Below, one piece after another: positions 8,781 to 17,751 of a stretch of 64,000 bases of DNA. The DNA comes from a virus. The notes under the pieces were generated by a model, which saw only the letters and a list, made by a program, of their open reading frames with translations, made no database searches and was not told the DNA's origin. Position 1 is the first letter of the stretch, and the number at the start of each line of letters is the position of its first letter. The translations under genes were made by a program, and so were the position numbers. The stretch is from IMG/VR virus record IMGVR_UViG_3300036985_002246, positions 1-64,000 of that record, one strand, 5' to 3'.

Positions 8781-9548
8781 TTGGCGTCTGGCAGACTGGG
8801 CCGCAGTCAATGTCGTCGTCTGGGGCGTCCGCGTCAGGCGGTAGCTCGTCCAGGTAGACCCGCACGTCCTTGATCACCACCAGGCGGACGCCCAGGAACC
8901 TGGACTGCTTTGCCCGGCGCTCGAACACCTCGGGGAACAGACGCCTCGTTCGGTTCCAGTAGCCTGCGGACGTGCTCTTGACGCAGCCCAGGCAGTTGTT
9001 GTGGTCGAACCCAACGAGTACATGACGGGCAGCGCGATCCCAGCGGCCTCAAGCCGCCGTAGGCAGTCAGCCTTCGTGACACCTTCGTCGATCAGCAGCC
9101 ACTCCACGTCGAGAGCCGGGTTGTGCTTCTCGAAGAGATTGGCCCTCCGCTGCTCCTCGACCGTGTAGCCGGAGATATGGCTGTCGTCGTGCTCCTGGTA
9201 TGCAAGCCGGGGCATTTTCTTCATTTCGGTCGTGCAGCGCGCACCACCGACCCCGCTCATGTAGCGGTGCTTCTGGAAGACCTCGTCGATCGAGGCGTAG
9301 TTGGCCGCACGAATGACGTGGATTGGAACACCCAACCACTTCTCCACGTCGTCGAAGAACCGCTTGTTGTCCGGGTGCTCAGTGGAGAGCGTGTCGCAGT
9401 ACACCACCTGGCACGCAGCCCCGTACTTCTCGACGGCGAGCTTGGCAGCGACTGCGGAGGCCGCCCCGCACGAGAACCAGACGAGGGTCCGCTTCGGCTG
9501 GTAGACTCGGAGGAGGTCCTCCATTGACAGCGGACTCTGTGGTTCCAT
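8761..9548 (-). pseudogene. PAPS-reductase-like (adenine nucleotide alpha-hydrolase) phage protein with a frameshift near 9011
   Basis: WFSCGAASAVAAKL PP-loop; after MYSLG another frame continues FDHNNCLGCVK...CGPVC to a stop at 8761. Confidence 0.75.
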
Positions 9549-9574
9549 TGGAGACCCTACCCCAGGTGGGGAAG

Positions 9575-9796
9575 TCAGCGTTTCCGCTGCTGTTCAGCGG
9601 CCTTCCAGCGGGTCTTCTTCATGACCTTGCGCTCCTTCTGATTGAGCGCAGTCTGCTCCCGTCGGACGGGGTCATGCTCAGCGCAGTAGTGCGCTGTGAC
9701 GTTCTCCTTCCAAGGGTGGGGGCGTGAGCGCGTGGCGGGCTCCCCGCACTCCGTCCACGGGGAGTACTTGACGACGTGCTTGCAGAGTTCAGCCAT
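9575..9796 (-). CDS. Small Cys/His hypothetical protein
   Basis: CKH...CGEPA...YCAEH. Confidence 0.6.
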   Translation of the reverse strand: MAELCKHVVKYSPWTECGEPATRSRPHPWKENVTAHYCAEHDPVRREQTALNQKERKVMKKTRWKAAEQQRKR

Positions 9797-10184
9797 GGGT
9801 GCGTCGGGCTTCGAGTTGATCGAGGAGGTCTGGCAAGGCCGAGATTGCGACGGCGATCAGCTTGGCGTCCGCCTTGTGCCTGCCGACGGAGCCACAGTCG
9901 GCGACGACTTGATTGGGCTCGGCCTCGACCTCGGTCGTCCCGTGGTTGGCGACCCGCCACGGACCCGGTGTGGCCTCCGCAAGGAGCGCCCTGAGCGTGA
10001 CGACCGTTGGTGACGTGTTGCTGGTCGGCAGGTCACTCGGTGTGTTCTCCCACAGGGCCTCACGCAGGGCTTCCCGCTCACGCCACTCGTAGGGGCGGGG
10101 CCGCTCCCCTGGGGTCAGCTTGGCCATGAGCGCCTTTGCGGCCTGCTCAATCTTCTCCAGGCGTTGCAGCTTTGAGTGGCTCAC
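9789..10184 (-). CDS. Ead/Ea22-like protein
   Basis: LLAEATPGPW...ADAKLIAVA motif; GTGA overlap. Confidence 0.6.
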   Translation of the reverse strand: MSHSKLQRLEKIEQAAKALMAKLTPGERPRPYEWREREALREALWENTPSDLPTSNTSPTVVTLRALLAEATPGPWRVANHGTTEVEAEPNQVVADCGSVGRHKADAKLIAVAISALPDLLDQLEARRTHG

Positions 10185-10519
10185 CAGTCCCTCGTCTTCG
10201 TCTTCGACCCCAGCCCCTTCATGAAGGGCTTCCCAGGCGGGATTATCCGCACCTGGAGATCGGGGGACACCAGGGCGACGTATGCCTTCGCCCCGTGGTG
10301 CTCGATCGACACCCCGAAGATCTGGGTCCCTGGCAGGAGCACTGGCCCATGACCGGTCGTGAGGCCGTCGGGCCACTTCACCTCGACCCTGCTCCCCAAG
10401 GCGATCTTCAGGTCTGGACCCTCTGTCGCTTGGAAGGCGTGGGTCTTCGAGTCGAGGGCACTCTCGGCGGACAGCCTCGACCATGCTCTGCTGACATTCA
10501 CGCCCAAGGGTCGGCTCAC
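10181..10519 (-). CDS. Hypothetical protein
   Basis: ATGA and GTGA overlaps with neighbours. Confidence 0.6.
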   Translation of the reverse strand: MSRPLGVNVSRAWSRLSAESALDSKTHAFQATEGPDLKIALGSRVEVKWPDGLTTGHGPVLLPGTQIFGVSIEHHGAKAYVALVSPDLQVRIIPPGKPFMKGLGSKTKTRDW

Positions 10520-10920
10520 GGCACGCCCAGGGCTGCGAGGGCGGCCCGCAGTTCGTCGTGTGTCTCCTTGGAGGCAGCAGCCCTCGCGTAGGCCGCAGGC
10601 GTCTCTGAGGACGGCCCATGCACGAGCACACGTTCTGCTGCCCGAGCCACCGCGAGCAGCCGGGGCAGGGCTCTACGCATGGCCGCGACGAGGTCGGCGT
10701 CCTCGTCCTTGAAGCGGACTACGTCCGGGTCATTGGCGAGTGTGGACGTGGTGCCGTAGGGGTTCCACGGGCGCTCGACGCCTTCCAGGCGGGACGCGCC
10801 GACAAGCTCCTGAGTCCCGTGGCGACACCTGACGTACTGATTCCCGTCGCGGAGGGACCACCACGGGCCAGGTGTTGCCTCCAGGTCGAGTCGTTCGAGT
10901 TCGAGGATCTCGTTGGTCAC
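10516..10920 (-). CDS. Ead/Ea22-like protein
   Basis: LEATPGPW...DADLVAAMRRALPRLL. Confidence 0.6.
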   Translation of the reverse strand: MTNEILELERLDLEATPGPWWSLRDGNQYVRCRHGTQELVGASRLEGVERPWNPYGTTSTLANDPDVVRFKDEDADLVAAMRRALPRLLAVARAAERVLVHGPSSETPAAYARAAASKETHDELRAALAALGVP

Positions 10921-11021
10921 TTCTGCCTCAGTTGCGCGTAGAACCAGTTGACGAACCACACGCCAACACAGACGCCCACCAGCAGAATACCGAGCCCAGC
11001 ACACACCCAGATCCAGGTCAT
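10917..11021 (-). CDS. 34-aa membrane peptide (not in ORF track)
   Basis: MTWIWVCAGLGILLVGVCVGVWFVNWFYAQLRQK; 4-bp overlaps at both ends. Confidence 0.6.
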   Translation of the reverse strand: MTWIWVCAGLGILLVGVCVGVWFVNWFYAQLRQK

Positions 11022-11398
11022 TGCACTCTCCTCCACGGACACCACTCAGGCGGTGGTTGGTCCGTATGCACTGGCCACTTCGCGGCCATAACCTCCCCAG
11101 GCAGCAGTTCAGCGGCTGGTGGGATTCCAGGCAGGCCCGCGTGAGCCTTGCGGCAGTGGGCCGTGCTCTGAACGTGCCTCACCCCGTCCTCCGTCATGAC
11201 AGTGGCTCCTGGCCAGCCATGGTGCTGGCAGTCCCCGCACGTCGGAAGGACCGGCAGCCGACGAAGCTCGTCGAGCTTGGCGATCAGCGCGTCCATGAGC
11301 GGCTGCGGCAGGAACCGCATGGTCGCCCCCGACTGGCAGGCGAGGAAGTCCCTTGCCCTTCCGATCGCCTCGTCCTCTGGTGTCAGGGGCTTCGTCAC
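11018..11398 (-). CDS. Zn-binding hypothetical protein (RRLP-CGxC family)
   Basis: LRRLPVLPTCGDC...HC...PPEWCP. Confidence 0.7.
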   Translation of the reverse strand: MTKPLTPEDEAIGRARDFLACQSGATMRFLPQPLMDALIAKLDELRRLPVLPTCGDCQHHGWPGATVMTEDGVRHVQSTAHCRKAHAGLPGIPPAAELLPGEVMAAKWPVHTDQPPPEWCPWRRVQ

Positions 11399-11694
11399 CG
11401 GGCACCCCTCAGAGGACACCACGACGGGACAGGTTGCAGGCACATGACCGGGCGCGGCGTCTCACCCTCCTCGCAGTGGGTGCAGACGTTGTGCGTGGTG
11501 TCCATGAACTTGCAGTGACCGCACACGTCGATCACCGGCAGGCGGCGCAGGGCGTCAATCTCGGCGTAGAGCCGCCGTAGGATCTCGCGGCGTGTTTCCT
11601 TTCGCAACGGCGGTTGCACATACGGCGACTTGCCCAGCATTTGCTGCCGGTCCGCCGCCTCTTGCTCTGCCGTTATCGTCAGCGGCCTCGTCAC
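11395..11694 (-). CDS. Zn-binding hypothetical protein (RRLP-CGxC family)
   Basis: LRRLPVIDVCGHC...CTH...PVPSWCP. Confidence 0.7.
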   Translation of the reverse strand: MTRPLTITAEQEAADRQQMLGKSPYVQPPLRKETRREILRRLYAEIDALRRLPVIDVCGHCKFMDTTHNVCTHCEEGETPRPVMCLQPVPSWCPLRGAR

Positions 11695-12011
11695 ATGACC
11701 TCCCTGTAATCGGCAATGTCGCGAGCGAGGAGGTCGAGTTCGGCAGCGGCCTTCTTGCGGTTCGCCTCACGAGCGTCGTCCGCCGCCTTCGAGACATGAG
11801 AGACGCACCGGTTCTGTTCGGCGAGGCGGATCCGCTCCTTGTTCCCCGCAAGCTCCAGGCGCAGGGCGTCAATCTCCGCGAGCATGGCTCGGCGCTGACC
11901 GGGGAACGACTCCGGGCTGAGGGTCTCCCTGTTCTTGTCGAACATGGCGTCCAGCCTTCGGATCATGGCCTCGTACTCGGGGGTCAGCCTCGTCAACGGC
12001 TTCCGCTTCAC
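11691..12011 (-). CDS. Coiled-coil hypothetical protein
   Basis: Shares AEIDALR with its neighbour; 4-bp overlaps. Confidence 0.6.
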   Translation of the reverse strand: MKRKPLTRLTPEYEAMIRRLDAMFDKNRETLSPESFPGQRRAMLAEIDALRLELAGNKERIRLAEQNRCVSHVSKAADDAREANRKKAAAELDLLARDIADYREVM

Positions 12012-12268
12012 GGCGTGCTCCGCTTCGGGCACCCGTCGGGCGGTGCCCCACTCCCCTTGGTCGGTGTGCTCGCCCCCTCGTAGGTACAGACGGTGTCGCG
12101 GCCCACGATAGCGAACCAGCGGCAGTCCCCGCACGTCTCAATCAGGGGGAGACGGCGCAGCCTGCGGACCTCCGCGAGGAGCTTGTCAATCTCCTCGTCG
12201 TTGACGTAGTCCCCGGCGGCGCTCTTCGCCTCGATCCAGGCCAGGTCCTCTTCCTTCATGACACCCAT
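12008..12268 (-). CDS. Zn-binding hypothetical protein (RRLP-CGxC family)
   Basis: LRRLPLIETCGDC...CTY...PPDGCP. Confidence 0.7.
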   Translation of the reverse strand: MGVMKEEDLAWIEAKSAAGDYVNDEEIDKLLAEVRRLRRLPLIETCGDCRWFAIVGRDTVCTYEGASTPTKGSGAPPDGCPKRSTP

Positions 12269-12447
12269 GACGCCCTCTTCTTCCTGGACTTGACGTGGCG
12301 AACGTCCCGCCGGTTGACCTGAACCCCAGCCCCGCTCTTGAGCGTGACGTAGACGTAGCCGTGGAAGTTGTTGGTGTCGTACACGCAGACGGCTCGGCGG
12401 TCCTTGTGGGGACCCCGAGTCACGACCACCATGTCACCGTACCTCAT
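12256..12447 (-). CDS. KOW/SH3-like small protein
   Basis: YGDMVVVTRGPHK matches the KOW pattern. Confidence 0.6.
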   Translation of the reverse strand: MRYGDMVVVTRGPHKDRRAVCVYDTNNFHGYVYVTLKSGAGVQVNRRDVRHVKSRKKRASWVS

Positions 12448-12449
12448 GG

Positions 12450-12791
12450 CTACTTGCCCTCGGGCTGACCCTTGAGGGAAGCCTCCGACAGCCGCTCCAG
12501 GACGGTGTTCGCGTAGTTGCTGGACCTCCGGGGAGGCGGCACTCGCTGAGTGAGCATATCGGACGCCTTGAGGCAGATCTCTCGAAGCCGCTTGCTCCGG
12601 GACTTGCTGACGGACTTGAGCGTGCCGTCGTACTCGGAGGTCGCCGCATGGCAGTCCGCGAGGTAGAGAGCGATCCCTTCCAGACGGTCGATCTCCGTGA
12701 GGAGGTCGCGGAGCATTTGCCCCTCACGACTCGGTGAGGAGGTCATGGCTTCCATGCAGGTCTGAATCTCGGCTCGACGCTCGGGGGTCAT
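12450..12791 (-). CDS. Hypothetical protein
   Basis: MTPERRAEI...LLTEIDRL; preceded by GCGTAAGG. Confidence 0.65.
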   Translation of the reverse strand: MTPERRAEIQTCMEAMTSSPSREGQMLRDLLTEIDRLEGIALYLADCHAATSEYDGTLKSVSKSRSKRLREICLKASDMLTQRVPPPRRSSNYANTVLERLSEASLKGQPEGK

Positions 12792-13027
12792 TGCGATTCC
12801 TTACGCTCTGTGGCCATGTAGATCCGACGGTACGCTTCGAGAAGAGGCTCGCCAGGGAGGGCCTCCGCAGCGAGCAGCAGGCAGTTTTTCACGAACTGAA
12901 TCCGGTCGCTGTGGGCCAGCGTGAATGCACCATTCGCGCTGGTGCAGGAGTACCCCGACTCGGCCCCACAGAGAGGGCAGACGTGCCGAAGGGCCACCCG
13001 CTCCCAATCCATGGGCCTCGTGGTCAC
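12788..13027 (-). CDS. Zinc-finger protein
   Basis: CPLCGAESGYSC...HSDR. Confidence 0.6.
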   Translation of the reverse strand: MTTRPMDWERVALRHVCPLCGAESGYSCTSANGAFTLAHSDRIQFVKNCLLLAAEALPGEPLLEAYRRIYMATERKESQ

Positions 13028-13257
13028 GACGCGACTCGGTGCTCTTCGAGGATCGCGACGGTGAGACCCTCGAAGGACCAAATGTCCCCGTCCTTGCCCA
13101 GGAACCCCTCGTACCCGCTCTCGACGAGCGCGAGCACCTCGGGTCCACCACGACCCGCCTTGATCTCCGAGAGGAGCTTGGCGAACCGCTTGCCACGGAG
13201 CGCGTGGTTCGCGCCCGTGTGGTGGTGAATGAACAGGCATCCGTTGACAGCAGCCAT
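13024..13257 (-). CDS. Hypothetical protein
   Basis: Directly downstream of a promoter motif and GGTGAGGAG SD. Confidence 0.6.
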   Translation of the reverse strand: MAAVNGCLFIHHHTGANHALRGKRFAKLLSEIKAGRGGPEVLALVESGYEGFLGKDGDIWSFEGLTVAILEEHRVAS

Positions 13258-13264
13258 TGGGTAT

Positions 13265-13307
13265 CTCCTCACCCATGAAGCGAACGGGACGGTGCCTTTT
13301 ACACGAT
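13265..13307 (-). promoter_or_regulatory. Conserved phage promoter motif, copy 1
   Basis: ATCGTGTAAAA...CCGTTCGCTT...GGGTGAGGAG. Confidence 0.75.
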
Positions 13308-13739
13308 CGGGGTCGAGATTTCGTCAGGCCACCCGCCGAGCACGGCTGGGGTCGGCTTGAACGTCGTGACGCACCCTCGGATCTTGCGGATCCGACAGAC
13401 ATGATCCGTCATTCCCGACTCGATCGGCTTGTCCCAACCGTTTCGACGGGCTTCCCCCACGGAACCAAACCCACCCAGCGCCTTCAGGACGTGGGCCATG
13501 AGCCAGCCCTCAGGTGCGGTGAAGATCGGAGCCCGGCGGGACTCCAGATCGAGGGTCGCGACGACGCTCTCACGCCACCGCTCGTCCACGATCTGGTCCC
13601 AACCCACGATCACCGTCGCGAAGTCAGCGACCTGGACCACCCGACCTGAAGCGTCCCAGACCCGGCACGTCTCACCGCTCTCCCCGACGACCTTCGGGAA
13701 GTCGAGCACAGTCTCTGCGAGATTGATCCGGGTCTTCAC
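13299..13739 (-). CDS. Hypothetical protein
   Basis: Follows a promoter motif; coding-like. Confidence 0.6.
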   Translation of the reverse strand: MKTRINLAETVLDFPKVVGESGETCRVWDASGRVVQVADFATVIVGWDQIVDERWRESVVATLDLESRRAPIFTAPEGWLMAHVLKALGGFGSVGEARRNGWDKPIESGMTDHVCRIRKIRGCVTTFKPTPAVLGGWPDEISTPIV

Positions 13740-13777
13740 GTCTAGGAAGCGGGTGGGGGACACCCGCTTTCACGATT
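13737..13777 (-). promoter_or_regulatory. Conserved phage promoter motif, copy 2
   Basis: AATCGTGAAAG...CCCACCCGCTT. Confidence 0.7.
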
Positions 13778-14328
13778 CAATCTTCGGCGGTCAGCCAGTT
13801 GGCGACCGGCACGTCCGGCACTTCCGCCGAGACGTGGTTCTTCTTGGCCCTCTTGGCGGTCGGCTTGGCGACCACGGGCTCCACAGGAGCCTCCGGCTCG
13901 GGGGCGGGCAGTTCCATGCCCACGTCGGTCAGGAGGGCTGCACGGACCCGCACGGCTTCCGTAGCGACCCCTGCGGCGTGAGCCGCCTTCTCCTTGGTCG
14001 TCAGGGAGGGGTCCGTCAGCGTGCCCAGGGCGGTCAGGAAGACCTTCTGCCACCATGCGTCCCGCTCGAAGCCGAACGGCTGGGCAGACCGCTGGGCGGA
14101 GATCGTAGCGACCTGGGCTTGCCGGACCTCCAGGTCGGCGGAGGCGATCCTGGCTCGGGCCTCCAGAATGTACGCCTCAGCCTTCGACTTGATACTGGCA
14201 AGCTCAGCTTCGACCGCCGAGACTCGGGTGGCTGCCTCCAGCTTCGCGGCTGCGGCTTGAGCGGCGGCCTCCTCGGCGATCCGCTCGGCTTCCTCGGTGC
14301 GATTCTGCAAATCCTTGAAGGTCGTCAT
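13777..14328 (-). CDS. Coiled-coil hypothetical protein
   Basis: Ala/Glu-rich heptads from MTTFKDLQNR. Confidence 0.65.
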   Translation of the reverse strand: MTTFKDLQNRTEEAERIAEEAAAQAAAAKLEAATRVSAVEAELASIKSKAEAYILEARARIASADLEVRQAQVATISAQRSAQPFGFERDAWWQKVFLTALGTLTDPSLTTKEKAAHAAGVATEAVRVRAALLTDVGMELPAPEPEAPVEPVVAKPTAKRAKKNHVSAEVPDVPVANWLTAED

Positions 14329-14342
14329 GCCTGCCTTACGCC

Positions 14343-14762
14343 TCAGAGTAGGTTTCCGTTTGGGGCCACCAGCAGCAGAGGCAGCCCAATCTTTCTCCGG
14401 GCCAGCCGAACGGTGGCCCAAGTCCCTGACCGCAACTGCTCCGTGGACTCCTTCGGAGTCGCAATCATTGCAAGGGCGTCCCTGACGATCCAACCGTTCC
14501 GGAGGAGGGGTCCCACAGGCTCAGTGACCTGAAGGGCTCCTCGAACCTCGCAGTGGGCTCTCATGCTCTCAATGTCGCAGGGGTAGGTGGCCCGTTGGAT
14601 CCCAAGCGACGCTGCAATCTCGTCGAACTCAGCGTCAGCACCCAGGCAGTCCCCATGACCGACAAGAGCGCCGAACCGGGAACAGTACCGCTCCAGAATC
14701 TTCGTGACGGCTGCCCTCTGCTGGGGCGTCATTCCGTCACGGGTGCCCGTGAAGCCGATCAT
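14343..14762 (-). CDS. SLOG-superfamily (YspA/DprA-like) nucleotide-binding protein
   Basis: IGFTGTR, HGDCLGAD, RNGWIV, SGTWATVRLA. Confidence 0.65.
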   Translation of the reverse strand: MIGFTGTRDGMTPQQRAAVTKILERYCSRFGALVGHGDCLGADAEFDEIAASLGIQRATYPCDIESMRAHCEVRGALQVTEPVGPLLRNGWIVRDALAMIATPKESTEQLRSGTWATVRLARRKIGLPLLLVAPNGNLL

Positions 14763-14977
14763 TCAGCGGCGTGCTCGGGGCGCTGACTGAGCTTCCGTCC
14801 GCCGTGGTAGCCAGCGTTGCTGGCACCGTCCGTGCGACGCTCGGCACGGGCAGCACGGCGCTTCCACTTCTTGCGAGCGTGGGCCACCGACGGTGCGTCA
14901 CACTCACGAGTCTCCCACCGGGGGCCGTGCTCGGTCCGCTTCGACTCGCTGCGCCTGAGGTTGTCGTGGTTGCTCAC
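14759..14977 (-). CDS. Small basic hypothetical protein
   Basis: GTGA/ATGA overlaps. Confidence 0.5.
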   Translation of the reverse strand: MSNHDNLRRSESKRTEHGPRWETRECDAPSVAHARKKWKRRAARAERRTDGASNAGYHGGRKLSQRPEHAAE

Positions 14978-15342
14978 GGGGCCACCTTCTGCATTCGGGC
15001 CTTCGCCTCGGCCAGATTGCGCTCTGCGTACTCCAGATTGTACTTCGCAGTTCGCAGGTCACCCTCGCGCTTGCGTTCAGCGGCACGCCTCTGGTTCTCT
15101 GCCACGAGCGAGTCCACCGTGTCGATCACGTTCTCGCTGTAGACGACACCCACCTCGACGATCTGGGACCCGGTCGGGTACTTCGTGCCCGTCATTCCCA
15201 GGTGGGTCTTGATATGCCCCAGGTTCGCCCAGAGCTTCGCCTTCCTCAGCGGGACGGACCTCGGGCTGCTGTACCCGCTGCTCGCCTTGGAGACGTAGCC
15301 ACCGTCAGGGAGGCGGATCGTGTAGTACTTCCCGGTCGTCAT
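14974..15342 (-). CDS. Hypothetical protein
   Basis: Overlaps both neighbours; coding-like. Confidence 0.65.
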   Translation of the reverse strand: MTTGKYYTIRLPDGGYVSKASSGYSSPRSVPLRKAKLWANLGHIKTHLGMTGTKYPTGSQIVEVGVVYSENVIDTVDSLVAENQRRAAERKREGDLRTAKYNLEYAERNLAEAKARMQKVAP

Positions 15343-15590
15343 GCCTTCTTCCGTCTCACGCTGACCGTGAATGTGTCGGGGTCGAACCCGCGTGACTCAA
15401 GCTCCGCCCGGAACCGCCGCCACATTTCCGGACCCGTCGGCTGCTTCTCGCCCTCCTTCTGAACAGGGAACCCGACCCCGAAGGTGAGCACCTTGCTCAG
15501 GAGGACGCCGTTCGCCGGGTCGTCCTGGTAGATCACCATGTCGTTGTGGCGTTTCGACCACACGGCCATGAGTTCGGCTCGCTTCGCCAT
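15339..15590 (-). CDS. Hypothetical protein
   Basis: Tightly packed within the operon. Confidence 0.6.
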   Translation of the reverse strand: MAKRAELMAVWSKRHNDMVIYQDDPANGVLLSKVLTFGVGFPVQKEGEKQPTGPEMWRRFRAELESRGFDPDTFTVSVRRKKA

Positions 15591-15592
15591 GG

Positions 15593-15886
15593 CTACTTCA
15601 CCGGCAAGGGGACGCTCTCGAAGAGCGCACGGAAGTAGTCGTTCGTCTCCTTCGTGCGGGCGACGGCGTCGCTGATCTTCTGCTCGTAGCGGAGAACGCT
15701 GTCGTTCAGGTCCTTGACCCGCTCCACCCGGTGCTCGGCAGCAAGCTCCCGCTGGCGCTCGACGGGAGGGTTGCCGTCGTTGTCACGGCACCAAATGTCG
15801 AAGGCGCGGGCGCAGTTCCAGACGTAGTCGTTGAAGCCATAGGGCTTCGAGAGGTCTTCGATCGGTGCGGTGTACCCAGTCGGCAT
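15593..15886 (-). CDS. Hypothetical protein
   Basis: MPTGYTAPI N-terminus; GAAGGAAG SD. Confidence 0.65.
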   Translation of the reverse strand: MPTGYTAPIEDLSKPYGFNDYVWNCARAFDIWCRDNDGNPPVERQRELAAEHRVERVKDLNDSVLRYEQKISDAVARTKETNDYFRALFESVPLPVK

Positions 15887-15898
15887 TGTCGTCTTCCT

Positions 15899-16117
15899 TC
15901 AGGTGAACTTCTGCCAGCCCTCGCTGCTCACGAACCAGTCAAGCTCCTTGAGCCTGTCCTGGTCCTCCTTGGAGATTGAGGCGTCGTCTGCACACCCCGC
16001 GTAGATTGTGTCGTGCTGGGCGTCCAGCATTGCACCCTTGTACTTGGTGAAGATCTGGAGCCCGGCGATAACCTGCTCAATCGAGGTCAGCTTGGGGTCT
16101 GCGGGGAGGAGGGCCAT
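15899..16117 (-). CDS. Hypothetical protein
   Basis: HDTIYAG...LKELDWFVSSEGWQKFT. Confidence 0.65.
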   Translation of the reverse strand: MALLPADPKLTSIEQVIAGLQIFTKYKGAMLDAQHDTIYAGCADDASISKEDQDRLKELDWFVSSEGWQKFT

Positions 16118-16119
16118 GA

Positions 16120-16566
16120 TCACCTGTTACGCTTCCGCATGAGCCATTGGACGAACGTCTGGTTCGATAGAGCGTGCTCTCGGCGTGCCTGGATCGACGA
16201 GATCACTTGCTGTGGGTCGTTCCCCAACTGAATGAGGCTCTCGGCAGCAACCAGTCCCGAGCGGTTCCTGCCAGCCGCGCACGTCACGAGGATTGGGTGA
16301 CCCTCGCTATGAGCCTTCTTGACGAGAGCCACGGCCCGAAGAATCTCCTGGACCTGCGGCTCAATGTTGTCGTCGTCGTTCAGGCGCGCATGGTGGACGT
16401 GAACGCCCCGGACCTCAGTCCCGCCGTACTCGACGAACTCCCACGCGACGTTCATGACGAACCCGAACGGCGTGAGTGGCTCCCCGTAGGCGAGGACTCC
16501 TCCGATCGCGACCTTGTCCCAAACGAACGAGTAGGGACCGAAGGGTGTGAGTATGGGTGTCGTCAC
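16120..16566 (-). CDS. Dual-specificity/PTP-family phosphatase 1
   Basis: CX5R loop LVTCAAGRNRSGLV; SNQTFVQWL. Confidence 0.82.
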   Translation of the reverse strand: MTTPILTPFGPYSFVWDKVAIGGVLAYGEPLTPFGFVMNVAWEFVEYGGTEVRGVHVHHARLNDDDNIEPQVQEILRAVALVKKAHSEGHPILVTCAAGRNRSGLVAAESLIQLGNDPQQVISSIQARREHALSNQTFVQWLMRKRNR

Positions 16567-16576
16567 TTGTGAGATC

Positions 16577-16930
16577 CTAGTCACAGGGTTGGGCGTGCCC
16601 GCTGTCGTCTTTGGGCTCTCCACAGTACGAGCAGAGCCCGTCGCTCTCCCTGAGGTTGAAATCGTGGTGGAACCGACCACACTCGTCACACCGTTCGGTG
16701 TGCCAGTCGGAGTCCATGTCCCGGACGTGGTTGTGATCGAGCAGCGAGGTGCCCTTCCTGTCCACGCGGGAGAGGCGGGACTCGACAGACTCGGACGGCT
16801 GGTTGTTGCGGAGGTACTCGAACATATCCTCGCGGGTCATTTCCGGGGTGCAGTACTTGTCCACAATGCTCGACCACTCGCGGTAGCGGGGTCCGTCGGG
16901 CGTGTTCCTTCGTTCAATCCAGCGGGGCAT
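16577..16930 (-). CDS. Hypothetical protein with a C-terminal Zn ribbon
   Basis: CDECG...CSYCG. Confidence 0.65.
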   Translation of the reverse strand: MPRWIERRNTPDGPRYREWSSIVDKYCTPEMTREDMFEYLRNNQPSESVESRLSRVDRKGTSLLDHNHVRDMDSDWHTERCDECGRFHHDFNLRESDGLCSYCGEPKDDSGHAQPCD

Positions 16931-16934
16931 GGCG

Positions 16935-17231
16935 TCAGACCGCCGCGCTTCGAGCTTCGGCGCGAGCAGTGTCCAGGAGGTTGAGGAGCTTGAAGGCCAC
17001 CTCGACCGGGAGACCCTGGAACTCGACCTTCATGCCGTGAGCCGTGACCTCGACGCTCTTGATACAGGGGTCGTTCGAGGCGCGCTCCATGAACATTCGC
17101 ACGTCCAATCGCCGGGCGTACTTCCCGGCGAGGTCGTGCTCTAGCTGGACACGTTCGGCTCGGGTCAGCTTCAGCTTCCTGGTCTTCGGAGGCTCGGCTC
17201 TGGTCAGCGTCCTGGGCTTCGCGGGTGGCAT
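16935..17231 (-). CDS. Hypothetical protein
   Basis: AAGGAG SD before ATG at 17231. Confidence 0.6.
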   Translation of the reverse strand: MPPAKPRTLTRAEPPKTRKLKLTRAERVQLEHDLAGKYARRLDVRMFMERASNDPCIKSVEVTAHGMKVEFQGLPVEVAFKLLNLLDTARAEARSAAV

Positions 17232-17233
17232 GA

Positions 17234-17533
17234 CTACTCCTTGGTGTCGGGGATCTGGAAGATCATGTCGGGGTGGAGCATGGGCACTTCGAGACACCCG
17301 CACTTCGGGCACATGGTGAGTCCGAGTCCGTCGGGGAGTGGGGCGTCGGGCGTGACCCAGATACGCGGATCGTCCGCGTCGGGAGCGGACACCCGAATGT
17401 GCTGAACCGTCCCGTCGAACACGAAGCGGGAGGCTCCGTACTTCGGCTGCATTCCGGCGAGGGCTGTCAGTGGGTTGATCTGGAACATGACCACCCGCAC
17501 GCGAGAGCCCTTGCTGTAGGTGTAGTGGGTCAT
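17234..17533 (-). CDS. Hypothetical protein with a CPKC motif
   Basis: ATGA overlap upstream. Confidence 0.6.
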   Translation of the reverse strand: MTHYTYSKGSRVRVVMFQINPLTALAGMQPKYGASRFVFDGTVQHIRVSAPDADDPRIWVTPDAPLPDGLGLTMCPKCGCLEVPMLHPDMIFQIPDTKE

Positions 17534-17751
17534 GGCCAGAGGCACACGGCCTTGGTCGTGCCGCTCAGACACTCGTGGTCGGGGCGGTCCCCGAACTCGA
17601 CGCTGGAGACGACGCGGCCCTCCTGCCACATGACGCCCTCCGTCATGTCGTTGAGCTTGCGGAAGTGATTGCCCTCCGGGTCCGACGAGACGACGACCTC
17701 TGCGTTCGGGTTGAGGCGGCTGAGCTTCACGATCAGTTCGGCGACGGTCAT
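17530..17751 (-). CDS. Hypothetical protein
   Basis: MTVAELIVKLSRLNPNAEVVVSSDPEGN; GAGGA SD. Confidence 0.7.
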   Translation of the reverse strand: MTVAELIVKLSRLNPNAEVVVSSDPEGNHFRKLNDMTEGVMWQEGRVVSSVEFGDRPDHECLSGTTKAVCLWP

